Source: Octopus bimaculoides (lineage: Eukaryota). Taken from it: 58,403 bases of DNA. Position 1 is the first letter of the stretch, and the number at the start of each line of letters is the position of its first letter. The notes under the pieces were generated by a model. That model saw nothing but the letters and a program-made list of their open reading frames with translations. It searched no databases and was not told where the DNA came from. The position numbers and the translations under genes are program-made. This document shows, one piece after another, positions 1 through 12,786 of the stretch. The DNA lies in the NCBI RefSeq assembly GCF_001194135.2, contig NC_068983.1, positions 118,978,997 through 119,037,399 of the forward strand, given 5' to 3'.

Positions 1-13
1 TGTAACTTCTAGG

Positions 14-474
14 ACCACGATGTAACTCAAACGATGAAGGAGATCAGACACCATCAAGAAAAGCGTACTCTACAAAATTCTATTTTAAAAAACTAAAAAA
101 TCTAAGAGAAAATTTGTAATCCATAAAATCTATAAAATATTAGATTAAAAATTTAATTCAGTTTAGTAATTTATAAAAACGAAAGTGAATAATAGACAAC
201 GCGCGTTTCGTGGCCACATAAAAGTGGAAAAGATCTGGGCAATTTACAATAAATCGATCAAGACAAGTTCCACTCAGAATGAGGACACTCTTCAGGTCTT
301 GTAACTTCTAAAAACGTATCCTAATATTTAAAATGCAATAAAATAAAATATTTTATAGATTTTATAGATTATAAATTTTCTCTTGGATTTTTTAGTTTTT
401 TAAATCAATATTTTGTAGAGTACGCTTTTCCTGATGGTGTCTGAACTCCTTCATCGTTTGAGTTACATCGTGGT
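14..474. repeat. Inverted repeat (arms 14-141 and 347-474) around a hammerhead-containing spacer; Penelope pLTR or retrozyme-like
   Basis: The reverse complement of 347-474 matches 14-141 (accacgatgtaactcaaacgatgaaggag...) with few mismatches. tgtaacttcta occurs at 1-11 and 300-310, giving a 299-bp period. Confidence 0.85.
194..299 (-). ncRNA. Type I hammerhead ribozyme-like motif with extended stem II
   Basis: Minus strand reads AGAC-CTGAAGA-GTGTCC...(long stem-loop)...GGCCAC-GAAA-C-GCGC-G-TT-GTCT. Stem I is AGAC/GTCT, the CUGANGA and GAAA core is canonical, and the stem III loop is palindromic. Confidence 0.65.
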
Positions 475-3400
475 GGTTATTCTCTAAATTATTAATATAT
501 ACATATATATATATACACACATACATTACACACATATATAGATATGCACACAAGTATATATACAGACACGTATACACATGTAAGCATAGGATTAAATAAC
601 CTACCAATTCTAATGAAAATACTAAACCTAAGACTTAAACAGAGAAAGCTTAGTACACTCGAAAAATTGCATCAAAGCTGCGTGATAATGATGTCAGCCG
701 TGGAAAGCAGACCGTCATATAACTTGTTTTATTCTTCCCTTCTGTTTCATTTTGACATGCGCATTGCGTTTTCATTCTCTTCTGTTGAACGAATTCAGTG
801 TTCACATGCGCATTGCGTGTTCATACTTCTCTTTCTGGTTCCTACTCAAAACTGTTGTTTTCATTTCAAGAACCTGCGTTCTGATAACTATGGAAAATTT
901 GGGGAAGAAAATCAATTTCGTGCAATAATATAATGATATATTGAAGAACTAAACCGAAGGGATTCTTGTTAGGGGCTCAGTTATAGGTTAACTAATATGA
1001 GAACCAATGGAGGAACTTCATTTTAGAAGGTAAACTCATGTGAAACAAAATCTAAAGCGCAATTAGTTCTTGATCATCTCAATTTCTGTTGTGTCACTGT
1101 TTTTGTAGTTGATTGCGCTGAAAGATGGGTTCACTTGCTGTACAACACACTGCTCACCCAAAACAAATTCACGAACAGGACCTTCTTGAACTCTGGAAAC
1201 GTTTTATATGTGTGTACTTACTTGGTTACGAGTTGACTTCCAACATGTATGTATGTATGTATGTATAAATATATGTGTGTGTAGCAGTAGTAGGAGGAGG
1301 AGGAGGAGGAGGTGGAGGGCAAGGGAGAGAGAGAGTGTCGTGTTAAGTCAAAATATAGCAGTCCACTAACTTTACGGGACCAATAGATCATCTACACAAA
1401 TCTCTATACTTCAAATTCCCAAATTGCTTGAAATATTTGTTGATTATAGAAAGAAAAATACCTTTTAAAAGGAAATGAAATATTTTCTTAGATATCGGAG
1501 CAGATTTCAATGAATTTAATTACTTATGTACTTTAACATGCATAACGATTCGCTTTCAAAAAGAGAGTGCGATGTGTTAAATAGATCATTTGTAGTCAAG
1601 AATAATTAAACAAATGTTATTTAAAAAGACTTCTGTGTGACTGAAATCTTTCGATGCATTAAATGAATTTTTAATTTTAAATGAACAGAAATAATCCAAT
1701 TCTATCCTTGGAATCTGTTTGTTTCGATAGACAATAATGAAGTTCCTAAATATAACAATACAAACTAGATGTAACTGGTATTTTTTTTGTTACGAGGGAA
1801 ATTTTTGGCTATTATTTATTTATAATAATTAACACTAAAAAGGCGTCCCAGAGGCAAGCTACTCATTCACTGATTAGGAATGACTAAAAGTCTCCTTAGT
1901 TTTGAAGATAAACTTATCACTAATTAGCACATAGGAACAATTCTTTATTAATAATGACTGGAAGCACAAGATTTTGATAATTAGAATATTATATGATATT
2001 TTTGATTCCTTCGCACTTAAAACTAATTTTCTCAGTAATTACCATAGAAGTAACTTGTTAAATTATTACTCGAATCAACAACCCACTTAGTGTAACCGAG
2101 GGAAATCTCTTTCAGTCAAGTTATTAAGAATAAATATTAATTAGAACTTTCGGCTTGCAGTATTTAATCCCAGACAGTTACCGCTGGAAAGGAAATATTA
2201 ATTAAAGTTACATTAGAAATAGCTCCCAACAGATCTAACCACAGATTAGATTTTTAAAATAGAACTACATTCATCGGTTGAATAAAACATCACATATAAA
2301 CTTCTGATTAAATAAAAGTAGACGTTAAATGTATTTATACAACCGAGGGAAAAAAACAATCGAGTAAATACTTGTTAAATCTGGCAAACGTCTTTTACGA
2401 TTTCAGAAAACATTGCTAAAATGACAATTGAAAAAAAAAATTACCTTAATAAAATGTGAAGGTTCTTTACATTTTGGCAAATAAGATATATATTCTTTGT
2501 TTCTATTAGTTAGTATTAGGTCAACTTTGATTCAGCTGACCTACGATGAAAGGTATTCCTATTATGACCAACTTACCTTTTTAGGGGTTTATCGAAGGGC
2601 TGAATTATGTATTCTTTTGTCAGTTAAGCTGGTACGGTTTGATGCCGGTGAAACTCGGCTGCAATTTCTACCAGATCTAGTGACCACTTTCAAGCTCTCT
2701 CATTAACTCGATCAATATTTATTTATTTATGATCATCGTAGTTACAATAAACAAGGGCTAGGCCTTTGGATTCGGTTCTGTGATATTTATGCCAATAACA
2801 TCTATTAATTCCATTCCAGGAATTCTATTATAGGTAACCAAGTAGTGACTGGTATAAAGAAAACAGTCTTTTATCTTTAAATTTTTTTAATGTGAAGACA
2901 TTGCAAGCAAGGAGTATAAACTATTTTTAATCAACCAGACTTAATGGTAAATATTTCATCATTAACAGTTAATATATCTGAACAAATACAAATTTAGAAA
3001 CAAAAGCAAACAAATAAAAAAAATAACAACAATATATAAGTAATCGTTTGGAACAGTAGAGCCTGTTCTACGATAGTTTAAATTTTAGGTCAGCTTCCAT
3101 TCAAAGATATAATGCATCTCAGTTTATATACTCGCTTCGCCACACTGAAGAAAAGAAGTAATATTGGATTTTCTCAACTAAACTGAACGATTCTGTAATG
3201 AAATACAATCGCTTGAAACTGATGGATGTGCATTACACAATGCAAAAAAGCATGACTTAATGCTTCTTTGATGTCATTCCAACATATTCAACCAGGCATA
3301 TTACGTAATTTTTCAAACGCAGTTATTTACATGCAATTTCGTTAGAAACAGAGTGGTAGAGAAACAATTGTAGGAAAGAAATTTCATTCTTCGTCTTCTG

Positions 3401-5293
3401 ATATATATATATATATATATATATANNNNNNNNNNACATAAAAACTTTATATATATATATATATATATAAAGTTTTTATGTTCAGTTATAATAAAAACAA
3501 TTTTACATTAATCTAATGGGTTACTCTACTTTTGTAGAGTACAAATTTATCGTTCTTAAACAAGAATGTTGTTTACAGTGATTTCTATATATAAATATAC
3601 ACACACAGCACATATATAAAATGCAAGTTGACCTCTACAAGATTTAAAAACAGAATATTAAGTGATAAAACAAATAAATCACACAAAGCATTTTTTCGAA
3701 GCTCTAACAATTCAGCCAATCCAAAGGTGATATCTCGTTAAATCTGTTTCAATGCTCTTATTGTAGTGCATAAAGTAACTGGATCGATCTCCTTCATTTT
3801 TTGCAGGTCGCGGTTGGCAGAAGCATTCACAAAGGTTTAAATTTGGTATTACCACATTCAACATAAAAGAGAAAACATTTACTTTCTAACCATTTTAATT
3901 CAAACCATTTAAAGATTACTGCAGTTTACAAGGCACAGGAGAAGTAGTACTTTACTATTCCAGTAAGTCCAATCCATATATTTATTTAACAACACCTATA
4001 TTGAAATTGTCACCAGATATATACATTTTTTCTAGCTATACTCCATAATGGTGAATTATTTTCATTAGAGTTACACATGCCACATCCAGCATTACAACAG
4101 GGCTTGTCTACAGGATTTCGAAATGTTCTGCTCAAATACCGATAGTTTGTAATCAATCACTGGTGCTGCATTGATTAAAACCCTAACTTTCATCGGCTAT
4201 TTCAAGTTTCCTGTCTAGGTGTTGTTTAGTCCTAGTTAAGGCCTGCTCGAGCCAAACTATGATCATAGCTGTCCTAACACGACTGCCCCATCGTCTTTAT
4301 CAGGAACTACATTGTTCTTTCGTTTTTGGTGCTCTTTGGTCTTTTCTTCAACTGCTATTTCTAGCTAGTCGAGTGACTACATTGATGTTCCCTCATTGTG
4401 TTAATTACTTGATCAGAACCCAGGGTAAAACAACACAAAAACTATGGAATGTGTGCCGTTTCCAAAGAAATTAACAACATTGAAAATTCAAATAATCCAT
4501 TACTTACAGTCGAAACTAGATTGCAAAACAATGATATAAGCATTCAGTTTAGTCGCTGTGGGAAGTTGAATGTCAAATGTAGTCAAATAGCTAGAGACCG
4601 AAAAGAAAACAAACTGAGTTCACTGGTTGTTTACCAACTACTTTACAAAATAATGCAAATATAGTTGTTCTATTTTGGAAGTGTTGAGAGTTGTGAAAAT
4701 AACTGTGTTATCTTAGATGGATATATCTCACATATATAGAGGAAAGATTGTGTATTAGAGGTTAGTGAAATGTGAAAAGCACAAACCTGTTAAAGTAAGT
4801 CGAAGATAAAAGTACTCCAGCAAGATACCTGGGCATTTATTGATAAAGACATTAGTTTTGACTTGGCTGAAAGGTGTATATTTTTAGGGTGTTTTTTTAA
4901 ACGAATTCATATCATTCATATTTTTCTCAATTTCTTACGCCAAACTAAAACCTTGTGCCAATGATATCAAGAACAGGTAACAATGACGAAATGAAATGAC
5001 TTTCAAGTGACATGCAACTGAAACTAAGTTTTGGATTCGGATTACCGAGAATATGCAGTCCACTGACAGGTGATTGCCTCAGTTTGTGGACAATTTGTCT
5101 CATAAAAGTGATTCCTATTATTTTTAATGTGCACATAGGACGAAGTAGAAATTTACTCACCTTTCAACATTGACAGAAATATGTAACCCGTTTTGTTCGG
5201 TAGACCACATAACTAAATCCATTAAAATATTTCATCTTTCAATGGTCTGGTTTTAAATCCTGTCAATAAAAATTTTGTTTTCGATACTCTGAT

Positions 5294-5514
5294 ACGGCAG
5301 TAATTTTATTCAGCTGAATACACGTCATTGATTGGTTAAAATTATCGAAATACGACAACTTTAACACGAAATAACTTTGAAAATACAAACTTTTCTCAAC
5401 AGCACTAAGAGTAAAAGATGTTTTATATGACACATTCTACCAGTGTCCGAAGTCTGAAAGTGTATTGTTACAAAAAATTAATTTTTTAATGTGCCATTCA
5501 AAGGGTAAAGGTCC
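5294..5514 (-). mobile_element. Solo terminal arm of the GGATCTTTTCC-ended fold-back family (see 35044-36358)
   Basis: Matches ~36140-36358 (aaatacgacaactttaacacgaaataact...cattctaccagt) and ends in aagggtaaaggtcc. Confidence 0.75.
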
Positions 5515-6621
5515 GAGTGGCCTTCAAAAGTATAGTCAATATGTACACCAATACTTTTAAATTAGCACTTATGTTCGTCGAAAAGATTAAAAGAATGAAA
5601 GAAAAAAGAACAGCAATCGACGTTGGCGGTATTTAAACTCAAAACGTACGAGAATGTGAGTTGTCTACCGACATTTTAACGATTCAATCATTTACCAAAA
5701 TAAAACCAGTCAACTTTTTACAAAATATTATAGAGAACACTCGTACTAAAGTACTCAGGTAATGTAAGGAAAACTAACTATTATAATTTAGATTTATAAT
5801 TTAAAATTATATCTACATCATTAAAATTTATTTGGCACTACTTAACATTTTAGCCCTATAAAATTTTCTGCCATTCTGGAATACTACATACTGATGTATG
5901 ATGCAGTTTTTTTTTTCCTTTTCGCGAAGCTAAGACGCTTTTTTTTTTTTATAAATCTACATTGATCATCTTATTAGGAAATAAAATATTTCTAACATCT
6001 GTTCTCTTCTTTTCTAATTGGATTTATGAAAATATTTAGACAATTGTCTTTTTTATTTTCGTGTTTTTTTTTCTTCATTTCTTACATGTGTCTAATACAC
6101 AGGAATGTGAGTCGTTCATACTCTGCAAACATAAGTTCGCTAAAGAGGACATATAGACGTTGTTATGATTCCTATAAGGAAAAGTAAACTTTTAATGAGG
6201 TCTTAAATAACTTCAACTGTCATGATTAGGTTGCAAAGCGGGAGCTGATATCGAGGATACTAAAGAGAGGGCAACAGAAAGTTCGTATGGAAGGGAAGAC
6301 AGAAAAGAGATAGAGAACGATAGAGAAACGGGTACATCAAAGTGGAGTACATCATGCTGATTCCATTAAAGTTTATTTACTAGTACTAAGAAAAGAGAAT
6401 AATAAAAGCAACAGTAACAACTAGCAACAGCACCAGAGATGACTACCACCGAAAGATGGGCCGGGTTGTGAGCCATTTGAATGTGCTAGAAATAACAGCC
6501 AAATCCCTCTTAAAAATAGACACATTAGATTTGTCCAGGTGTCCGATTTTAAGAAGTCCAGGTTACACAAATTTTAAAATAGATAAATAACTATATAAAC
6601 AACAAAGAATAATAATAGTTT

Positions 6622-6830
6622 CTTTGGTACAAGGCTAGGATTTTTAGGGAAGGGAATTAGCCAATGCCATCTATCCTAATACTTGATCCTAATATCTTAT
6701 TTTATAGGTCCCCGAAGGAGGGAAGAAAGACAAAGTTGACCCCAGGGGGATTTGAACACAGAATGTAGCGAGCCGGAAGAAATATACCACAAAATATTTT
6801 TTTTCTCAACTCTTGTTATTCTACCACCTC
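6622..6830 (-). mobile_element. Degenerate SINE family B copy (central motif GCCTTTCATCCTTTCGGGGTCGATAAA)
   Basis: Reverse complement resembles the copies at 7692-7904 and 20020-20226. Confidence 0.6.
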
Positions 6831-6975
6831 GAATAAATAATGACGGGATTGTTATTGTTGCAATGCTTTTTAAAATCATGTCTGCTCTATCAGTGTCGAC
6901 TTGAAATTAAACAGTGAAGAGCAACAATTGTAACAACAGCGTCATCAATATTTACTGAAGAACAAAAGTTTAAAC

Positions 6976-7414
6976 CACTGATTCCCAACGTGGTGGGATA
7001 CGCTCCACTGCTGGGACCTGGGAAAATTGTGGTGGGTTGTGAGAGTTAAATGTTTTTCTTTTATTTTTTTTAGTGGGACATGGAATTATGAAAATCTTCT
7101 TTCACAACAATCATATTACACTATACTCAGCCTAGCCAAACAACTAGTGAAGCATACTGTGCGAAGTTTGTTTGCTGCAGTATAGCGCTATTCTCACGCC
7201 TTAATGTGGATATTTCTTTAAGGAGAGTATATGATTGTGTGAAGCCGATACTCAGTAATTAATGAAAGAGTTACGGGTAGATTCTTTTGTATAAAATAAT
7301 TGTTATAAAGTATTAAAAATAAAATTGCTTTTTTTGTTTCTAAGAACCGGTGGGGCATACATTATCCTGGGAAGTTATTGTAGGGCCTGGGGAAAAATAG
7401 TTTGGAAAACACTG
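6976..7414. mobile_element. hAT-type non-autonomous element (MITE)
   Basis: Ends are cactgattcccaac and tttggaaaacactg (CAGTG-type TIR), flanked by a perfect 8-bp TSD GTTTAAAC at 6968-6975 and 7415-7422. Confidence 0.8.
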
Positions 7415-7486
7415 GTTTAAACAATAATGATTTCTATCATAAGTAACATAACACTTATTTTGAGGAGGATTATAGTTGATTATAGA

Positions 7487-8050
7487 GAAGGCGCATGGGT
7501 CAGTGGTAAGAGTGTCAAGCTCACAATCATGAGGTAATGAGTTCTATTTCCGGACCGGGCAGTGTGTTGTGTTATTGAGCGAGACACTTTATTTCACGTT
7601 GGTACAATTCACTCAGCTTTAGAAATGAGTTGTAATGTCACTGGTGTCAAGCTGTATCACCCTTTCTCTTGGATAACATTGGTGGGGCGGAAAGACGGTG
7701 AGCTAATAGAAACGTTAGCACGCCGGGCGAAATGCCTAGCGCTATTTCGTCTGTCTTTACGTTCTGAGTTCAAATTCCGCCGAGGTCGACTTTGCCTTTC
7801 ATCTTTTCGGGGACGATACATTAAGTACCAGTTGCGTACTGGGGTTTATCTAATCGACTGGCGCCTCCCCACAAATTTCGAGCCTTGTGCCTAGAGTAGA
7901 AAAGAACATCGGTGGGGTGGAGAGGGGAGGTTGGTATGTATGGGCGACCGCTAGCCTTCCACAAAACAACCTTATCCGGGTTTGTGTCTAGGAGGGAACT
8001 TTTTAGGTGCAATCTCATAGTTATTCATGACCGAAGGGGGTCTTTACCTT
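7487..8050 (+). mobile_element. tRNA-derived SINE family A, interrupted by a family B insertion
   Basis: tRNA-like head gaaggcgcatgggtcagtggtaagag...gagttctatttcc. The body on both sides of the insert is collinear with the uninterrupted copy at 13962-14301. Confidence 0.8.
7692..7904 (+). mobile_element. SINE family B nested in SINE family A
   Basis: Full family B sequence flanked by a ~17-bp TSD with 2 mismatches: aacattggtggggcgga (7675-7691) and aacatcggtggggtgga (7905-7921). Confidence 0.8.
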
Positions 8051-8721
8051 TTATAGTTAATTATATAGGCCTAAAGGTATGACTGGTACTTTGTTTTCTC
8101 GGTCGATCCAAATTGGGAAAAGGCAAAGTCTATATCACTAACGGAGTGTATCATGTAAGACAGTGTTTCTGATAGGGAAGTAGGTTGTAAAGATTGAAAA
8201 GGTTGCAGCCGATGGTTGCTGTGTTTAATAAACTCAAAATGGTTATAAATGTTATTCTTTAAATGGTGGCAAACCATGATGAATAAAGAAGAATTAAATG
8301 GATTTCTACGGAGACAGAAAATATTTCACTAATATTTTGATGGAGCCCGGTAGTTGCTATTTTGTGAAACCCCGTGTGTCTATTTAGTAATTTAAATATT
8401 TATAAATATCTACATATATTTATTTATATTTACATATAAGTATTTATATGTATATACATTCATATGTATGTGTATGTACACACAAACACACATACACACA
8501 TATATACACACATACACGTACATGACATAAAGGTTTCCTGGGGCATCTTTCTGCATGAAGAATAAATTAAGTGAGTACTAAGGCATTTAATGCAGTAAGC
8601 CAACAATCTATTTTTAAATAATTATGATTACATTTGTTATGAAAAGAAAAACCATCAGTATTAATAATAATTCATCTCAAAAAATATAAAGGAGATAGCT
8701 CCCCAATGCAAATTGATAATA

Positions 8722-10672
8722 CAGTGTTACCTCGGAGTACGAGTTTAATTCGTTCCATGACTGAGCTCGTTTAACGATTTACTCGTTCTATAAATCAATT
8801 TTCCCCATTGAAATTAACTAAAATATAATTAATCCGTTCCAGCCCATCAAGACCATCCAAAAATAACTTTTTAAGGATTTTAAAACAGAAATGGTGCAGT
8901 TACAAGTAAAATGGCAACTATAAAAAAGAGAATGCAAAAGAAATATGTAAACTGGTTTTATTAACCGAATTACCTTAAGGATGGGACGGTTTGTGCGCGA
9001 GGAAGACGATAGCGCGAGGAAGACGATAGCGCGAGGAAGAAGAGGATTACTGTTAGGAAGGAGAATCTCTTTCCATTAAAACTTCAATAAGAACAATTTC
9101 TGGCGTTTTCTCTCTCACTTCGCTTAATTTAGGCTTTTTGGACACACTTTCTTCACTTTTTACCCTTGAAGGTCGTTTCGTTAGAAACATATAAAGAGAA
9201 GTCTGCTTTTTTCCTGCCTTTCAAAAAGTTACGAAAATGCGCCAGAACAGTGTCATTAAATAAAGCAGCTGCACGACCTGTAGCTACTTTTTCAGAATGA
9301 TATGTTTCTATAAATTCAGAAATATACTGCGACTTCGATAACATTGCCTTTATATCACTCGTAGAGATATAATTCTCTGCTTCACTGTCCTCCTTTGGGG
9401 AACCAATCTCTACCACAGCATCCAAATGTTGCTGCTCCTGAAGCTGCAGGAGTTCGTCTGTCGTCAGCTTCTCTGAGTCTTCCTTGACGAGATTGTTAAT
9501 GTCTCCATCATCAACCTTGAGGCCCATGGACTTGCTTAGAAACACCTCCTCCTCAACTACAGATGTCTCAGACTCAAATCCCTCGAAGACTCTTTCGGAT
9601 ATGCAGTCAGACCACAGTTTCCTCCATGCAGAATTCAGCATTCTCATTGCACCCTGCCAGGCCATGTCAATGATTTTTCAGGCAGTTTACAAAACTCACG
9701 ATGGTTTAGTTTAGTATTTTTGGTGACTCAAAAGCACCGGCGAAACAGGTGTTTGGTGTACAATTTCTTAAAATTAGAAACCACCTGTTGGCCCATGGGC
9801 TGCAAGTAGGGATGGTGTTGCGTGAAAGGTACAGAACTTATATGAATTTAAATTCGTCCAGAATATCATCGTTGAGGTTTGTGGGGTGAGCTGGATCATT
9901 GTCGAGGATGAGGAGGGTCTTGAGATTTTTCTTCAGGACGTCCTTTTTCACTGCTGATCTGAAGATAAGGTTGACTTACTCGGAGAAGAATTGCCTGATG
10001 ATCCAGGCTTTAACGTTTTCCCTCCACATAATCTGCATTTTCTCCTTCACGATTTTATGTGATTTGAACATTCGTGGGTTTTCGAAATGGCAGACAAGAA
10101 GCGGCTTAATCTTCAAGTCTCCATTATCATTGGCACAAAGAGCGAGAGTTAGCCTATCTTTCACAGGCTTATGGCCTGTCATTTTCTTCTCCTCTGCAGT
10201 TATATAGGTTCTTCTGGGCATTTTTTTCCAAAACAGACCAGCTTCATCACAGTTGAATACCTGTTATGCGATACACTCCTCGGCTGCGATGAGCTGACGG
10301 AATACACGCACGATATCGTCAGTTACCTTCGTGTCAGAATTCGCTGCTTCTCCATACCTGATGACGATATGAACACCAGTCCTCTTCTTGAAATTATCAA
10401 ATCAACCACGACTGGCTTTAAATGCGTCTGCTGATGTCTCCTCCATCGATGTTTCAGGGTTCTGCTTCAGGAGATCCTCATACAGCACTCTTGCTTTCTC
10501 GCTGATGATGGTCTCCATAATTGTACTCCCTGCTTGTTGCTTCTCGTTGATCCACAGGAGAAACAATTTTTCGATTCTTTCGTAGACAGATGCGCGTTGC
10601 GTAGAGAGCCTGAAGACACACTTTGATGTTGTAACGGCCTTGATCTCGTTCTTTTTCTCAGGATGGTGCAGA
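8722..10672 (-). mobile_element. Tigger/pogo (Tc1-mariner superfamily) transposon remnant with a broken transposase; one TIR visible
   Basis: ORF pieces MPRRTYITAEEKKMTGHKPVKDRLTLALCAN and AWQGAMRMLNSAWRKLW are typical of Tigger/TIGD1-like DDE transposases. TA-CAGTGTTACCTCGG end at 8720-8735. Confidence 0.85.
8995..9040. repeat. 17-bp tandem repeat, about 2.7 copies (gcgcgaggaagacgata)
   Basis: Read directly from the sequence. Confidence 0.9.
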
Positions 10673-10823
10673 AAGAAAAAATATAAATATTAAATAAATG
10701 GAAATGGAACCTGTGAGTGTGTTAGATACTAAGGCACTATGACTTTCTCTAGACACAACAATACACACACACACGCACAAGTGTTAAGGAACGGAGTAGA
10801 TAAGATCCGGGCTACATATGTTT

Positions 10824-10858
<35 letters not shown>

Positions 10859-10900
10859 TCTATGTATATGTGTATGTATGCATGCATGTATGTATGTATA

Positions 10901-11051
10901 GGTGTTCCTTTCAGTTTTCGTCTATCAAATCCATTCACGGCTTTGGTGGACCCGGAGCTTTAGTAGAAGGCACTTGCTCAAGGTATCACGCAGTGGGACT
11001 AAACCCGAAGCCATGTGGTTAGGAAACAAATCTATCGCCACAGTACCACAG
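10901..11051 (-). mobile_element. SINE family D 5' part (tRNA-like head plus CORE-like CTTGGGCAAG-type segment)
   Basis: Similar to 16235-16395 and 52985-53150; ends in a TA/CA microsatellite. Confidence 0.7.
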
Positions 11052-11589
11052 TTGTTCCTATTTGTTCACTACTTTCAGCTAAAACTTCTGCTACAATAAA
11101 ACAAACGACAAAAAGGAAATGAATAATATCGTGTTTAAACATTTATTATTTAGATTCAATTAACAATGATTCTGTTAATAACAATATTAATAGCACACAA
11201 CAACGTTTGCTATTTCACTTATGTATGAACTAATAATGAACAGAAACGAGGTTAGGCCACTCTGTTTATTCCCTAGGGGTAAACTAATCTCAGTTTGGGA
11301 TCCCTTGCCTTAGAATGATTGGAGGGATAAAGATTTTGAACGCAAAGCATTCACAGATTAGACAATTTTTCAAACCATAACATGGGAAAATTTTCCTAGT
11401 GCCTTCTGCATAAAGGGCTCATATTTAAGCGAGGAGTATCATACTTTATGTTGTCAATTAAAATATATTTAAATCAATTAAAATTACACGCTTAATGAAA
11501 GTAAAAATCATATTGACACTAATGATTTTTCTCTTCATTACAGAGCGTCAGTTTCATTGAAAAATTTCTTGGGTACATTAGTACCCATT

Positions 11590-11592
11590 CTA

Positions 11593-11624
<32 letters not shown>

Positions 11625-11787
11625 ACGCATTCAATCACAAGACACACACACACACACTTGCAAACAATCGTCAGCCATGACTGCCCGCATAAGTATAAAC
11701 AGTGGCATATACATATATACATACATATATATATACATACATATGCACATACCTGTACGTATATATGCATATACTCATTTACCATTT

Positions 11788-11860
<73 letters not shown>

Positions 11861-12185
11861 CATATATATATGTGTGTGTGTGTGTATATACACACGCACA
11901 CAAAAACATGAATTCATGTATGCGCATACATTTGCTAGCACAACGCAAATGGCACGCACATCAGGGACGTTCACCTGATGTGCACAAATATGCATGTATA
12001 CAAACATGCATGTACACGCATAACGCATACAACAGTACATGTGAGTATACACATTTATTTCCTTTCAGGTGTAGAAACATACACACACACACACACATAC
12101 ACAACACACATACACACGCTCGCGCGTGCGCACAGGCGCACATACACACATATATATATACACAGATACATGCATATATATATGT
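11590..12185. repeat. Compound (CA)n/(TA)n microsatellite block
   Basis: Read directly; it produces the spurious HT/YI/CV ORFs. Confidence 0.95.
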
Positions 12186-12673
12186 CAGGCACGCAGGTGA
12201 CCGGCAACAGGTTGTTATAGTGGTGTCTCACTGTGCGTCTGACAATACATTCTTAGCTTGCGAATAAAAGTGTAAAGGGGCCGTGGGCGTTTGCGTGGTG
12301 ATAGCATTTTATTGTTTAATTTTCAGTTCAATCAACCAATGAACGATAGTTGGTATGTAGTTATCTTCGATAATTTTGTGTTATTCATTTTAGTCTTCTC
12401 TTCGTTGCACGGTATGTCGTTTTAGATTTTGCTAATGATTTTCTAAAAATTAATATTATTAATATTTTTTTAAATACATTTCTTTATAGTACAGCTTATA
12501 ATAAATATACACGACTACCCGTGGCCCGTTGGGTCACTGGGAAAGGCTGAGTCTCCCAGCAACAGAGTTTTGTTTCGTGGGTTTTTTTCTTCTTTTCCAT
12601 GTTATTTCGCATGCTTTCAACGAATATGACACCGAAATCACGCGTAAACCGGTCCTTTCACCAGAAAAGGAAT

Positions 12674-12786
12674 GATTTAGCTGCTATTTCTTGCACACCC
12701 CGCGACCACGTAGCAGGTATTTTGGGTTCTTTATCGTAAATAGGTATTATGTGGTAGCAGGGCATGCTAGAAATAGCAGCCAAATC
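12674..12786. repeat. Imperfect 36-bp inverted repeat with 41-nt loop
   Basis: gatttagctgctatttcttgcacaccccgcgaccac versus the reverse complement of 12751-12786; 30/36 match. Confidence 0.75.

Noticed and set aside
3436-3481. Perfect palindrome acataaaaacttt-(TA)n-aaagtttttatgt
   Set aside because: It abuts a 10-N gap and is centred on self-complementary (TA)n, so it is most likely a contig-end assembly artefact.
3720-4200. Cys-containing minus-strand frames (NLCECFCQP..., PCCNAGCGMC...)
   Set aside because: They are short, bounded by stops, in different frames and lack consistent splice sites; adjacent 4220-4375 is repeat-derived.
9153-10221. Host TIGD1/CENP-B-like gene
   Set aside because: The frame is broken in several places and a TA-flanked TIR is present, so this is a transposon fossil.
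11519-12267. Long ORFs rich in YI, HT and CV repeats (also near 29450-30075, 44428-44726 and 47717-48022)
   Set aside because: They are translations of TA and CA microsatellites, which lack stop codons.
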